Assembly: GCF_001194135.2 (NCBI RefSeq)
Contig: NC_068997.1
Coordinates: 2,203,457 to 2,267,456, forward strand
Length of the DNA stretch: 64,000 nt
Reading direction: 5' to 3'
Source of the DNA: Octopus bimaculoides
Lineage: Eukaryota
Shown here: positions 53,601-61,277 of the stretch, in pieces
How positions within the stretch are numbered: the first letter of the stretch is position 1
Layout: each line of letters opens with the position of its first letter
Made by a program: the position numbers and the translations under genes
The notes under the pieces: model-generated
Told to the model about the DNA's origin: nothing
Databases searched by the model: none
Seen by the model: only the letters and a program-made list of their open reading frames with translations

Positions 53601-54718
53601 TCATGTTGCTCCAGTCCACTCAGCTGGTAAAAATAAGTTGTACCTGTGTTTCAAAAGGCCAGCTTTGTGAAACAGTGCCAAAGCTAACAGAGGAACTTGG
53701 TGCAGCCCTGCTGCTCAATGGATCCTGTCAAACTGTCCAACCCATGCCAGCATAGAAAATAGACATTAAATGAAAATGATATACATGCCATTCATTGATC
53801 ATCATCATCATCATTTTATGTGAGTTTATGGATGCTCACAGGGGTCAGTCCTGTGTTATCCTAAATAGAACAACAGAGCAAACCCAACCAGCTTTGTTTT
53901 TCTGTTTATCCTACAGTGTGGACTGAGTGTGGTTTATTGCACCACCAACAGAACATTAAACATGTTGTCCCAAGCAGAAAATAAAAGCAGCCTTAAGATG
54001 TTGTAAGTGTGAGTGCTGATTATGAGTGTGAGTGATGATTATGAGCATGAGGTGTTGGTGTAATAATCTGAATGAAGGGCAGCACTTACCATACTCGTTC
54101 ACTAAGACACAACCATTGGTGCCATCTACATTACTTCGATGGTGAAACTCTAAATTTCCCAACTTTAAAACACTGGAAACTAATTGAAACACTGCAAAGA
54201 TTTCTTGGATTTGGAAACCAATTACTTCCATTCCATTCTGAAATGTTTAGAAATAAGATTTAGATAAATTATATGAGTGGGGTGTAATTACAGGTAGAAA
54301 GAAGGAATGCCTCTGTCTATGGATAATAGACATACAGACTACAGGTGTGGTGCTATTAAGCCTTTAACTGCAAAATAAAACTTCATGGTTAAGAAACTGG
54401 AATTTTGTGATATTATTTTAAGCTGGTTACCATACATTTCCCTGAGGAGAAGTTTACATTTTTAACATCACTGATTCCTATGGATTGCATAAATTGTAAT
54501 TCTTCGAAACATATGTCGGAATAAAAGTATGAAGTTATAATATGCGTTTACTCCATTCTTTAAATTTATATATACTCAAATACCCAAAATATCAAGGAGT
54601 TTCTACCTCATAAACAGGAGTTACACCACAGTTATTTTGTGATTTTTGCTACCCTGGTATCTATTAACCAATTTATTTTATCCGAGTTATTTATTACTAG
54701 GAGAAAATAAATACATAT

Positions 54719-54759
<41 letters not shown>

Positions 54760-55519
54760 TGCACATGCACACACCCTTGCATGTTATACATAGGTACATA
54801 CACACACACACACACAGTATACTGGTATTTATCTGGCTCATCTCATAAATTACAGCACAGTTTACCAGAGAGCATGCAATGACCCAATGTTGAAAATTAA
54901 GGAGTGGAGAACAAGAGAGAGAGAGATTAATTGATTTAATAATGGTTTCAAATTTTGGCATAAGGCCAGCAATTTTAAAGGGGTTGGGTGTAATCTGATT
55001 AAGTTAACCCCAGTGCTCAACCGGTTTTTATTTTATCAACCCCAAAAGGATGAAAGGTAAATTCAATCTCAGCAGAATTTGAACTCAGAATGTGACAACA
55101 GATAAAATACTGCTAAGTATTGTAGTTGACGTACATGTGGTATTTTAATGACTCTGCCAGCTTGTTACCTTCACAAGTTGATTAATAGTGACACTGTATT
55201 TAGCAATGATAAAAGATCACATACTCTTAGAAAAGATGTACCATGCTACAGCTCCTACCTTGACAGCATAGAAGTTCTCCTTATCATCGATGGTTCCAAC
55301 CCGGACACAGCCACTGGTCTTCAGAAAATTGTAATTCTCAGCATTTCTAGAAATTTTTAAAGATTCTAAATTTGGAGAAAAAGAAATAAAAAATACAATG
55401 AAAAATAATTGTAGTAGTAGTTGGGGAGGTAATAGTGATAAATTTACTACAATGGATTAAACTAAAATACAGGCACAAACATGTATGTATGTGTTTGTAT
55501 GCTTGTATGTACATATGCA

Positions 55520-55563
<44 letters not shown>

Positions 55564-57146
55564 NNNNNNNNNNNNNNNNNNNNNNNNNNNNNNNNNNNNN
55601 NNNNNNNNNNNNNNNNNNNNNNNNNNNNNNNNNNNNNNNNNNNNNNNNNNNNNNNNNNNNNNNNNNNNNNNNNNNNNNNNNNNNNNNNNNNNNNNNNNNN
55701 NNNNNNNNNNNNNNNNNNNNNNNNNNNNNNNNNNNNNNNNNNNNNNNNNNNNNNNNNNNNNNNNNNNNNNNNNNNNNNNNNNNNNNNNNNNNNNNNNNNN
55801 NNNNNNNNNNNNNNNNNNNNNNNNNNNNNNNNNNNNNNNNNNNNNNNNNNNNNNNATCTATCATCATCGTTTAACGCCCACTTTCCATGCTAGCATGGGT
55901 TGGACGATTTGACTGAGGACTGGTGGACTAGGAGGCGACACCAGGCTCCAGTCTGATTTGGCAGAGTTTCTACAGCTGGATGCCCTTCCTAACGCCAACC
56001 ACTCTGAGAGTGTAGTGGGTGCCTTTACATGCCACTGGCATGAGGGCCAGTCACACAGTACTGGCAACGGCCACGCTCAAAATGGTGCATTTTATACGTG
56101 TCACCTGCATGGGAGCCAGTCCAGCGGCACTGGCAACGGCCTTGCTCAAATGATTTTATATATATATATATATGTATGCATGCATGTATGTGTGTGTGTG
56201 TGTGTGTGTGTGTATGTATGCATGTATGTATGTATGTATGTATGTATGTATAGAAATGTATATACACTGATGGATGGTTGGATGGATGAACAGACAGACA
56301 GATAGAAGGCCAAAAAGAGAATAGACTTACTTAAAAAACTAGTATCATCAGCACTAAGCAATTGATAGAAAATATGAAAGTTTCTTTCTCCTTGACTTTG
56401 GGCTGCCACTCGTGACTAGAATGATTGAAGAGAGAGAAAGCAGATTATATTGCGTGCATGTGCAGAAGCACACAAACTGATTAGGCTTGCATAGAGAATT
56501 TTAACCTGACTTTGTTGGAGGACGTTTCTGGGATGTCAGTTGATGGTGTCTGTACGGATTTGGCATGTGATAACTAGATTGGTATCATATAGATAGGTGT
56601 GGTGTATGGTTGGAAATAAATGATAGTAGATGTTTGATATGGAAATGTGTAGTAGACAAAAGCCACAGCTTGGGGTAGATTAAGAGATGATAGTGTGGGT
56701 TAGAAAGAGCACCATCAGTATAAATTGCAATGGTGTGATCTGAGATAATGATGTGATCATGAAATAAAAGACAGGAGCCCATAGGTAGACACTTCAGCTG
56801 AGAGGTCAGGCACAATTGAAAGCTCTGATGATGTCAACTACAACAACAGAGTTTACACAACATTTGTCCCAGAAGGAACTACAGTGCCATTGACACTTTC
56901 AGAACTTTCAGAGTCTCTTAGACTTGTGAGAAACATGAAAGAAATGATCTTGAGAACATCGCCCAGGCCTCAATGTTTACAACAGAATGGAGTCTGCTAA
57001 AGCAGATATCCCCAAACAGCAAGCCATGGACCAGTTTCAAGATGTGGGTCATTGTTTTGTTTTTTTTGTACTGGGCCACAAAAACAAATTTCTTTTTAAT
57101 TATTTCTATTTTATTAATTATCATAGTCTTCATGGGGTTTTTGCCT

Positions 57147-57182
<36 letters not shown>

Positions 57183-57600
57183 NNNNNNNNNNNNNNNNNN
57201 NNNNNNNNNNNNNNNNNNNNNNNNNNNNNNNNNNNNNNNNNNNNNNNNNNNNNNNNNNNNNNNNNNNNNNNNNNNNNNNNNNNNNNNNNNNNNNNNNNNN
57301 NNNNNNNNNNNNNNNNNNNNNNNNNNNNNNNNNNNNNNNNNNNNNNNNNNNNNNNNNNNNNNNNNNNNNNNNNNNNNNNNNNNNNNNNNNNNNNNNNNNN
57401 NNNNNNNNNNNNNNNNNNNNNNNNNNNNNNNNNNNNNNNNNNNNNNNNNNNNNNNNNNNNNNNNNNNNNNNNNNNNNNNNNNNNNNNNNNNNNNNNNNNN
57501 NNNNNNNNNNNNNNNNNNNNNNNNNNNNNNNNNNNNNNNNNNNNNNNNNNNNNNNNNNNNNNNNNNNNNNNNNNNNNNNNNNNNNNNNNNNNNNNNNNNN

Positions 57601-57637
<37 letters not shown>

Positions 57638-58970
57638 AATTGAAATAGCAAGTGGTAAAGCAAAACATTTGACATCACTCAAAAAACATTCAATTTAGAC
57701 GGAGATTATAAACAGATATATTCTTCATCCAAAATGTTTTTCAAGTGACGCCAGATGTTTTGTATCCCATTTTCTATTTTAATCCAAGCCAGAACAGACA
57801 GAAGACCCTGGTGTAATCCCATGCCTCACCAGCTCCTGCCAAACCGTCCAACCCATGCCAGCATGGAAAACAAACTTTAAATGATGATGATGATGATGAG
57901 GATAATGGCGATCAACATCATCATCATTTAATATCTATTGTCCATGCTGGCATGGGTTGGACGGTGTGACAGCAGCTGGCAAACTGGGTGGGGGTGGGAG
58001 TGCACCAGACTCCAGTCTGATTTGGCATGGTTTCTACAGCTGCAGGCCCTTCCTAATTCCAACCACTTTACAGAGTGTGATGGCTGCTTTTACTTGGTAC
58101 TGCATGGATGCTGCACAGGCGCTTTTACATGGTACTGCATGGTCACTTTTACATGGCATCACACAAGCACTTTCATGTGATGCTACATGGGTGCTTTTGC
58201 ATGATGCCACATGGACACTTTTATGTGGCACTGCACAGGCTTTTACATGGTACTACCATGAGTGCATTACACTACCAGAAGGATGCTTTAATACTTCTGC
58301 TGCATGGTGTGGGTCTTCTTGAGTATGGCAGGGACCAAGTATCTCAGTCCTTGCCATCTCACCTGAAAGGTTCAGCTTCCTATTGATGTAATGATTAAAT
58401 TATATACTATGCACTTTATTCCAGTTGTTACATGTGTGATTACCCCTTCCAAGACAAAAAATGTCCTGCATGAGACTGGTCTGAGGTACAAAACCAGGGT
58501 TGAGGACTACGGACTACTGTGCTAAATGATATCCAAGAGCTGATATTAAATCTACCACCAAGTATGGATTATGACTGTCTATATGTGACTGTTACACTAC
58601 ATTTTATCACATATTATTATCTTCCTACATGAATACCTACACATGTGTCTATGTTATTACACATTTATAAACACCATGAGAATTATTGAACATTTGAAGA
58701 AAGTACAACAAATTTTAGCAGAAGTGAAATAAAAAAAAATTATTTAAATATAAGCAAGTTGAAGATAATTATATGTGTCAAGAATTCTAATATATGGATG
58801 TTTTCTATATTTGAAGATTTGCAATGTAATTAAATTGAAAAAGAAAAGCAAATTTGAGAGAAATTTAATTTATGAATTTTGGAAAATTGTAAAAACAAAC
58901 AAAAATTGAATTTGACAATGGGAAAATCAACAGAAACAAAATGAAAAACAACATACCTTTTCAAGTAAAT
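14423..58970 (-). CDS. MYO1B: Class I unconventional myosin, MYO1A/MYO1B subfamily (5'-partial; 24 coding exons in window: motor domain from YLLEKSR, 4 IQ motifs, TH1 tail)
   Basis: Manually spliced 24 GT-AG exons, total 2678 nt, phases consistent, ending in TGA at 14423-14425. Motifs: [75 protein letters not shown] repeats, [14 protein letters not shown]. Close to vertebrate MYO1B (e.g. [37 protein letters not shown]). The symbol marks the subfamily; 1:1 orthology is not tested. Confidence 0.93.
14795..14843 (+). ncRNA. Hammerhead motif (core CCGATGA) in last myosin intron
   Basis: GTCT-CCGATGA-A-GGGAAG..CTTCCC-A-GAAA-CAGCTG-TA|AGAC. Confidence 0.6.
15191..15324 (-). CDS. MYO1B: Myosin I exon: [27 protein letters not shown]...HISN
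   Basis: tttgcag acceptor, gtaagg donor, 134 nt, phase 0->2; KGDF motif. Confidence 0.93.
18650..18802 (-). CDS. MYO1B: Myosin I exon: [20 protein letters not shown]...[17 protein letters not shown]
   Basis: tttctag acceptor, gtatga donor, 153 nt. Confidence 0.92.
19869..20004 (-). CDS. MYO1B: Myosin I exon: (S)[10 protein letters not shown]...[14 protein letters not shown] (TH1/PH)
   Basis: tattattag acceptor, gtgagt donor, 136 nt, phase 2->0. Confidence 0.94.
20940..21046 (-). CDS. MYO1B: Myosin I exon: [10 protein letters not shown]...[10 protein letters not shown]
   Basis: gtttcag acceptor, gttagt donor, 107 nt, phase 0->2. Confidence 0.93.
22291..22422 (-). CDS. MYO1B: Myosin I exon: [23 protein letters not shown]...KIFHRWR (start of TH1)
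   Basis: cttccag acceptor, gtgtgt donor, 132 nt. Confidence 0.92.
23973..24134 (-). CDS. MYO1B: Myosin I exon: [13 protein letters not shown]...[18 protein letters not shown]...QVAL (IQ4)
   Basis: ttgttag acceptor, gtaagt donor, 162 nt; KVRREYR as in MYO1B. Confidence 0.93.
26469..26537 (-). CDS. MYO1B: Myosin I exon: [23 protein letters not shown] (IQ3)
   Basis: tctccag acceptor, gtaacc donor, 69 nt, phase 0/0; IQSYFRG. Confidence 0.93.
27963..28040. other. 78-nt near-perfect hairpin (36-bp stem, 5-nt loop)
   Basis: 35/36 pairs plus a 1-nt bulge; arms carry CAGGAAGT/ACTTCCTG. Confidence 0.85.
29556..29705 (-). CDS. MYO1B: Myosin I exon: [26 protein letters not shown]...ISCRFRGYW (IQ1, IQ2)
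   Basis: tttgtag acceptor, gtaagt donor, 150 nt; IQKVWRGW. Confidence 0.94.
30234..30806 (-). mobile_element. Internally deleted Tc1-like element retaining an N-terminal HTH ORF (DUF4817-like)
   Basis: ~29-bp TIRs CAGGGTGTTCAAAAAGTCTACCCGCAGT / reverse complement, TA TSD both sides; ORF MLTIEER...RSGRP...[10 protein letters not shown], no DDE domain. Confidence 0.88.
31489..31705 (-). CDS. MYO1B: Myosin I exon: [16 protein letters not shown]...[13 protein letters not shown] (SH1 helix/converter)
   Basis: attacag acceptor, gtaaaa donor, 217 nt, phase 2->0; ORF 31429..31740. Confidence 0.96.
31820..32042. mobile_element. Mariner-type MITE (TTGAAAAGTTCCTGG TIR family)
   Basis: TTGAAAAGTTCCTGGTTTTA ... 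TAAAGCCAGGAACTTTTCAA; related copy at ~62419-62611. Confidence 0.7.
32180..32247 (-). CDS. MYO1B: Myosin I exon: [22 protein letters not shown](G)
   Basis: gttccag acceptor, gtaagt donor, 68 nt, phase 0->2. Confidence 0.95.
32283..32647 (+). mobile_element. Non-autonomous Helentron/HINE (DINE-1-like) element
   Basis: 5' subterminal ACCTCTGCCAAGG, internal AAGTTTCATCCGAATCC...GAGATATC, (CAAA)n microsatellite, 3' ACCTCTGCC..GGTGGAGGT stem-loop. Family call from recognised architecture. Confidence 0.55.
32648..33305 (-). mobile_element. Head-to-tail array of three family D SINEs separated by (AAT)n
   Basis: Three repeats of GCACAAGGCC...AAAGTTGACCT...GAATTTGAACTC...GATTCTGCCAG. Confidence 0.8.
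33328..33650 (+). mobile_element. 5'-truncated RLE-type non-LTR retrotransposon (R4/Dong-like) 3' end in (TAA)n
   Basis: C-terminus ...[20 protein letters not shown] followed by 3' UTR and (TAA)n; starts directly after a (TAA)n tract. Confidence 0.6.
35256..35321 (-). CDS. MYO1B: Myosin I exon: [22 protein letters not shown]
   Basis: tcttcag acceptor, gtacgt donor, 66 nt. Confidence 0.95.
35945..36307. repeat. Foldback element: ~95-bp inverted arms around a ~170-bp spacer containing a hammerhead
   Basis: Left arm tataaacataattaaggcatcagcaacagtt...actccaacagatagcagtatttg is the reverse complement, with few mismatches and one indel, of 36206-36307. Confidence 0.88.
36093..36153 (-). ncRNA. 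Type I hammerhead ribozyme on the myosin sense strand
   Basis: Minus strand ATCATA-CTGATGA-C-GGA..TCC-A-GAAACGCGTC|TATGAT; 6-bp perfect stem I; predicted cleavage 36099/36098; C.A mismatch at base of stem II. Confidence 0.7.
36720..36806 (+). ncRNA. Type I hammerhead ribozyme, intact core
   Basis: TGCAG-CTGAGGA-T-TGC..GCA-T-GAAA-CGATCG-TA|CTGCA; 5-bp perfect stem I, palindromic stem III; predicted GUA cleavage 36801/36802. Confidence 0.72.
36901..36984 (-). ncRNA. Degenerate hammerhead motif (left arm of foldback; core CTGAAGT, disrupted stem II)
   Basis: Minus strand GGC-CTGAAGT...GAAA-CATATG-TA|GCC; inverted copy of 37078-37161. Confidence 0.45.
37078..37161 (+). ncRNA. Hammerhead motif with GAAA->GGAA core lesion (right arm of foldback)
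   Basis: GGC-CTGAAGA-G-TAGC..GCTA-T-GGAA-CATATG-TA|GCC. Confidence 0.55.
37265..37650 (-). mobile_element. tRNA-head SINE family B, full length
   Basis: Reverse complement of 44799-45193; ORFs 37293..37517 and 44933..45136 share the same N-terminal translation. Confidence 0.85.
38325..38380 (-). CDS. MYO1B: Myosin I exon: (G)[18 protein letters not shown] (loop 2)
   Basis: ttgatag acceptor, gtaagt donor, 56 nt, phase 1->0. Confidence 0.93.
39179..39372. mobile_element. hAT (Charlie-like) MITE with perfect 8-bp TSD
   Basis: GCCTAAAG-CAGTGGTTCTCAACCT...AGGTTGGGAACCACTG-GCCTAAAG. Confidence 0.9.
39548..39662 (-). CDS. MYO1B: Myosin I exon: [38 protein letters not shown]
   Basis: ccatcag acceptor, gtgagc donor, 115 nt, phase 0->1. 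Confidence 0.96.
40894..41103. mobile_element. piggyBac-like MITE (TTAA TSD)
   Basis: TTAA-CCCTTTAACATT...AATGCTAAAGGG-TTAA; inverted related copy at ~31010-31228. Confidence 0.75.
41370..41564 (-). CDS. MYO1B: Myosin I exon: [17 protein letters not shown]...HYAGA
   Basis: gtttcag acceptor, gtaagt donor, 195 nt. Confidence 0.96.
41753..41822. other. 70-nt near-perfect hairpin (33-bp stem, 4-nt loop)
   Basis: 31/33 Watson-Crick pairs on +; on the transcribed minus strand one mismatch becomes G.U. Confidence 0.85.
43453..43515 (-). CDS. MYO1B: Myosin I exon: [21 protein letters not shown]
   Basis: tttttcag acceptor, gtaggt donor, 63 nt. Confidence 0.95.
43541..43900 (-). mobile_element. Mariner transposase C-terminal fragment
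   Basis: ORF 43636..43881 with HPPYSPD motif; TIR-like TATTAGGGTGTTTCA at 43541. Confidence 0.78.
44799..45193 (+). mobile_element. tRNA-head SINE family B, full length, (CAA)n tail
   Basis: A box TGGCCCAGTGG, B box GGTTTCGATTCC; near-identical inverted copy 37265-37650; older copies ~5540(-), ~7080(+), ~28860(-), ~45985(+), ~53505(+). Confidence 0.85.
45350..45640. repeat. Compound (GAT/GAC/GGT)n trinucleotide low-complexity tract
   Basis: Gives spurious poly-His/Met/Ile ORFs 45328-45663. Confidence 0.9.
45778..45882 (-). CDS. MYO1B: Myosin I exon: [35 protein letters not shown] (relay helix)
   Basis: ttgacag acceptor, gtaaga donor, 105 nt. Confidence 0.96.
46976..47259. mobile_element. 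hAT MITE with perfect 8-bp TSD
   Basis: CACTAGAT-CAGGGGCTTTCAAACT...AGTTTGAAAACCCCTG-CACTAGAT. Confidence 0.9.
47450..47515 (-). CDS. MYO1B: Myosin I exon: [22 protein letters not shown] (switch II)
   Basis: gtttcag acceptor, gtgagt donor, 66 nt; DIYGFE. Confidence 0.96.
47606..47758. mobile_element. Mariner-type MITE (153 bp, ~30-bp TIR)
   Basis: TTGGGTTGTCCGGAAAGTTCATGCCGATTT ... AAATCGGCACAAACTTTCCGGACAACCCAA; TA on left, GA on right. Confidence 0.85.
50365..50700. repeat. Microsatellite-embedded tandem duplication (CTAAATGACAAGTCAT x4)
   Basis: Identical 16-mer at ~50370, 50418, 50517, 50611 between (CA)n and (TA)n tracts. Confidence 0.8.
50821..50856 (+). ncRNA. Degenerate minimal hammerhead (Penelope-derived repeat)
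   Basis: CTTT-CTGCCAA-A-GAGC-ATAA-GCTC-GAAATGTC|AAAG; core decayed; followed by CTGAGTGTCAAACTAATAA, shared with the 63.8-kb copy. Confidence 0.45.
51975..52262. repeat. Minisatellite, ~21-bp unit AGATCTGTCTCACATCTGTACC
   Basis: ~13-14 imperfect copies; appears as a 7-aa SVPDLSHIC-like repeat in ORF 51876..52217. Confidence 0.85.
52439..52525 (-). CDS. MYO1B: Myosin I exon: [29 protein letters not shown]
   Basis: ccttacag acceptor, gtaagt donor, 87 nt; RDALxK motif; not in the supplied ORF track. Confidence 0.95.
52560..53075. repeat. (GTA/GGT/GAT)n low-complexity tract filling the intron between two myosin exons
   Basis: Degenerate trinucleotide repeats directly visible. Confidence 0.85.
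53105..53223 (-). CDS. MYO1B: Myosin I exon: (E)[39 protein letters not shown]
   Basis: cttgcag acceptor, gtaagt donor, 119 nt, phase 1->0. Confidence 0.95.
54090..54237 (-). CDS. MYO1B: Myosin I exon: NGMEVIGF...VLKLGNLEF...VNEY
   Basis: atttcag acceptor, gtaagt donor, 148 nt; matches ORF 53956..54231. Confidence 0.95.
54438..54521 (+). ncRNA. Type I hammerhead ribozyme, canonical core (Penelope-type)
   Basis: TTCC-CTGAGGA-GAAG..CTTC-GAAA-CATATG-TC|GGAA; stem II extended by TTACA/TGTAA; predicted GUC cleavage 54517/54518; AATAAA directly after. Confidence 0.8.
55259..55365 (-). CDS. MYO1B: Myosin I exon: (K)[35 protein letters not shown]
   Basis: aatttag acceptor, gtagga donor, 107 nt, phase 1->0; YxYL..DD motif. 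Confidence 0.92.
56331..56415 (-). CDS. MYO1B: Myosin I exon: [28 protein letters not shown]
   Basis: attctag acceptor, gtaagt donor, 85 nt, GERNFHIFY motif. Confidence 0.95.
58957..58970 (-). CDS. MYO1B: Myosin I exon (14-nt microexon): (Y)LLEK
   Basis: Minus strand ...ttttttctctttcactag ATTTACTTGAAAAG gtatgt; phase 1 in, phase 0 out; joins SRVAAQ exon to give YLLEKSR. Confidence 0.88.
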
Positions 58971-59629
58971 CTAGTGAAAGAGAAAAAAACAAAACAAAAC
59001 ATTATTAAATAATATTAAACAATATAACAGACATAGTAATACAGTTTTAAATAGATGTACAATAGTATTTAGTAAAATGTTGGAAAACATTTGGGATATT
59101 TTTTGTGTGTGTATGGAGCAATGATATTGGGTATATATATATATTGTGGAGATATTGACAGAATGAAATGTCATCATTTGCATACTTACTTTTGCATAGA
59201 CACATATATATGTATGTATGTATTTGTGTGTGTGAGTGTGTGTGTATTCTTTTATTCTTTTACTTGTTTCAATCATTCGACTGTGGCAGTGCCTGAGCAA
59301 ATCCACCCCAGGACTTATTGTTTGTAAGCCTAGTACTTATTCTGTTGGTCTCTTTTGCTGAATCACTAAGTTATGGGACATAAACACACCATCATCAGTT
59401 GTCAAGTGATGGTGGAGGAGACAAACACAGACACACAAACATAAATGTATACATATATATATATATATATGGGATTGAATTTTTCTAACTTTAGTCTGCT
59501 ACACAAACTCAGTCCAATCAGACAGCAACAGTTATGGAGCTAGAGTAATAACTGGGAGATTTCTAACAACTACAAATCCTTTAACTATTTAACACTTAAC
59601 CTCTTAATTTGCCATTTAACATTTATTTT

Positions 59630-60070
59630 AAAGTTTGGTACAAGGCCAGTAATTTCTGAGGTGGAGGTAAGTCAATTACATCGATCCCATTACTCAACTG
59701 GTACTTATTTTATCGACCCCCAAAAGGATAAAAGGCAAAGTCGACCTTGATGTAATTTGAACTTAGTAGTATTTCAGCCATCTTTATATTCTAAGTATTT
59801 TCCCTGAGTGTGCTAATGATTCTTATTTCTTTATTGCCCACAGGGGGCTAAACATAAAGGGGACAAACAAAGGGATTAAGTTGATTACATCGGCCCCAGT
59901 GCATAACTGGTACTTAATTTATCAACCCCGAAAGAATGAAAGGCAAAGTCGACCTCGGCGGAATTTGAACTCAGAACGTAAAGACAGACAAAATACCACT
60001 AAGTATTTTGCCCGGTGTGCTAACGTTTCTGCCAGCTCGGCGCCTTATAATAATGATTCTGCCAGCTCAC
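59630..60070 (-). mobile_element. tRNA-head SINE family D, tandem copies, (ATT)n tail
   Basis: Minus strand GGCG-CCGAGCTGGCAGAAACGTTAGC...GAGTTCAAATTCC...GACTTTGCCTTTCAT; further loci ~600, ~20062, ~24892, ~32648, ~35040, ~38940, ~39735, ~40520, ~42225, ~54948. Confidence 0.82.
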
Positions 60071-60455
60071 TGTCTTCTCGATAACCTTAATATTGCTGAT
60101 GGCATGCAAAAATGCCACCCACTACACAGTCAAGTGGTTGGTGCTTGGAAGTGCAACCAGTCATAGAAACCATGATAAGATAGACAGTAGAGCACAATGC
60201 AGTCCTTAGATACCTCGAATACTGTTAAACCATCCAGTCCTTGCTTGCTACCAAGGAATATGGATATTAAAAAGATGGTGAGTACACACTATGTTGTCAA
60301 TAGCTAATGTCCAAGCTGCTAGTATCCTGTGGCAGCTTCCTGACTGAGTAATATGGATAACTGGGTGTGTTTGATATTTAGTTTGGGCTGGAAAAGTATA
60401 TACAGACAGGAAACATTTATCAAGGGAAATCAAATATTTGCCTATTACATTAGAT

Positions 60456-60804
60456 CAGGGGTTCTCAGCCATTTTTTTTTTTTTTCATCTGTGGATCCCT
60501 TTGATTACTATTTTATTCTGGTGGGCCCCCATAGCCATTCGATGTTTATAAACTAGTTTTATAGAATCTTCTTGCAAAATTCCTATTTTGTTTTTCACAC
60601 ATTAACTTGAGTAGGTTGATCTATGTAAAACGTTTAAGAAAGAAACCCAGCTGTTTCTTGCTTTACATATCAATACATACATCTAAAGCAAAATTTTTTC
60701 AGGGGCCCTTAAAATACTATTGTGAGATCCCCAATTTACTATTTTGTTGTGTGGCCCTTATATTGGTCCTCCGGGGCCATATGGACCTTGGTTGAGGATC
60801 ACTG
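60456..60804. mobile_element. hAT MITE with perfect 8-bp TSD
   Basis: CATTAGAT-CAGGGGTTCTCAGCC...GGTTGAGGATCACTG-CATTAGAT; related diverged copy starts ~18264. Confidence 0.85.
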
Positions 60805-60932
60805 CATTAGATTAAAGCCTGCAATTGTTATTTTACTTGTTTTGTTTGACAGCAGGGACATTAGTTCAAACAATTGACAATGAATAGCTGAAAGACAAAG
60901 CTATTCTCTGATGATAATGATTCATTTACATA

Positions 60933-61277
60933 GGCGCAGGCGTGGCTGTGTGGTAAGTAGCTTGCTTACCAACCACATGGTTCCGGGTTCAGTTCCACTG
61001 TGTGGCACCTTGGGCAAGTTCTACTATAGCCTTGTGAGTGGATTTGGTAGACGGAAACTGAAAGAAGCCCGTCGTATACATAAATATACATGTATGTGTG
61101 TGTGCGTTAGTGTGGCTGTGTTTGTACCTCCAACATCGCTTGACAACCGATGTTATGTTTATGTCCCTGTAACTTAGCGGTTTGGCAAAAGAACCAATAG
61201 AATAAGCACTAGGATCGATTTGTTCGACTAAAGGCGGTGCTCCGGCATGACCGCAATCAAGTGGCTGAAACAAACAA
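60933..61277 (+). mobile_element. tRNA-head CORE-type SINE family C
   Basis: GGCGCAGGCGTGGCTGTGTGGTAAG...GGTTCAGTTCC...GGCAAG; other copies ~13705(+), ~25545(-), ~26775(-), ~34099(+), ~42775(-), ~51065(-), ~51445(-), ~59265(-), ~62625(-). Confidence 0.8.

Noticed and set aside
56440-57060. Possible LINE reverse-transcriptase remnant
   Set aside because: Only vague resemblance and no diagnostic motif I can point to.
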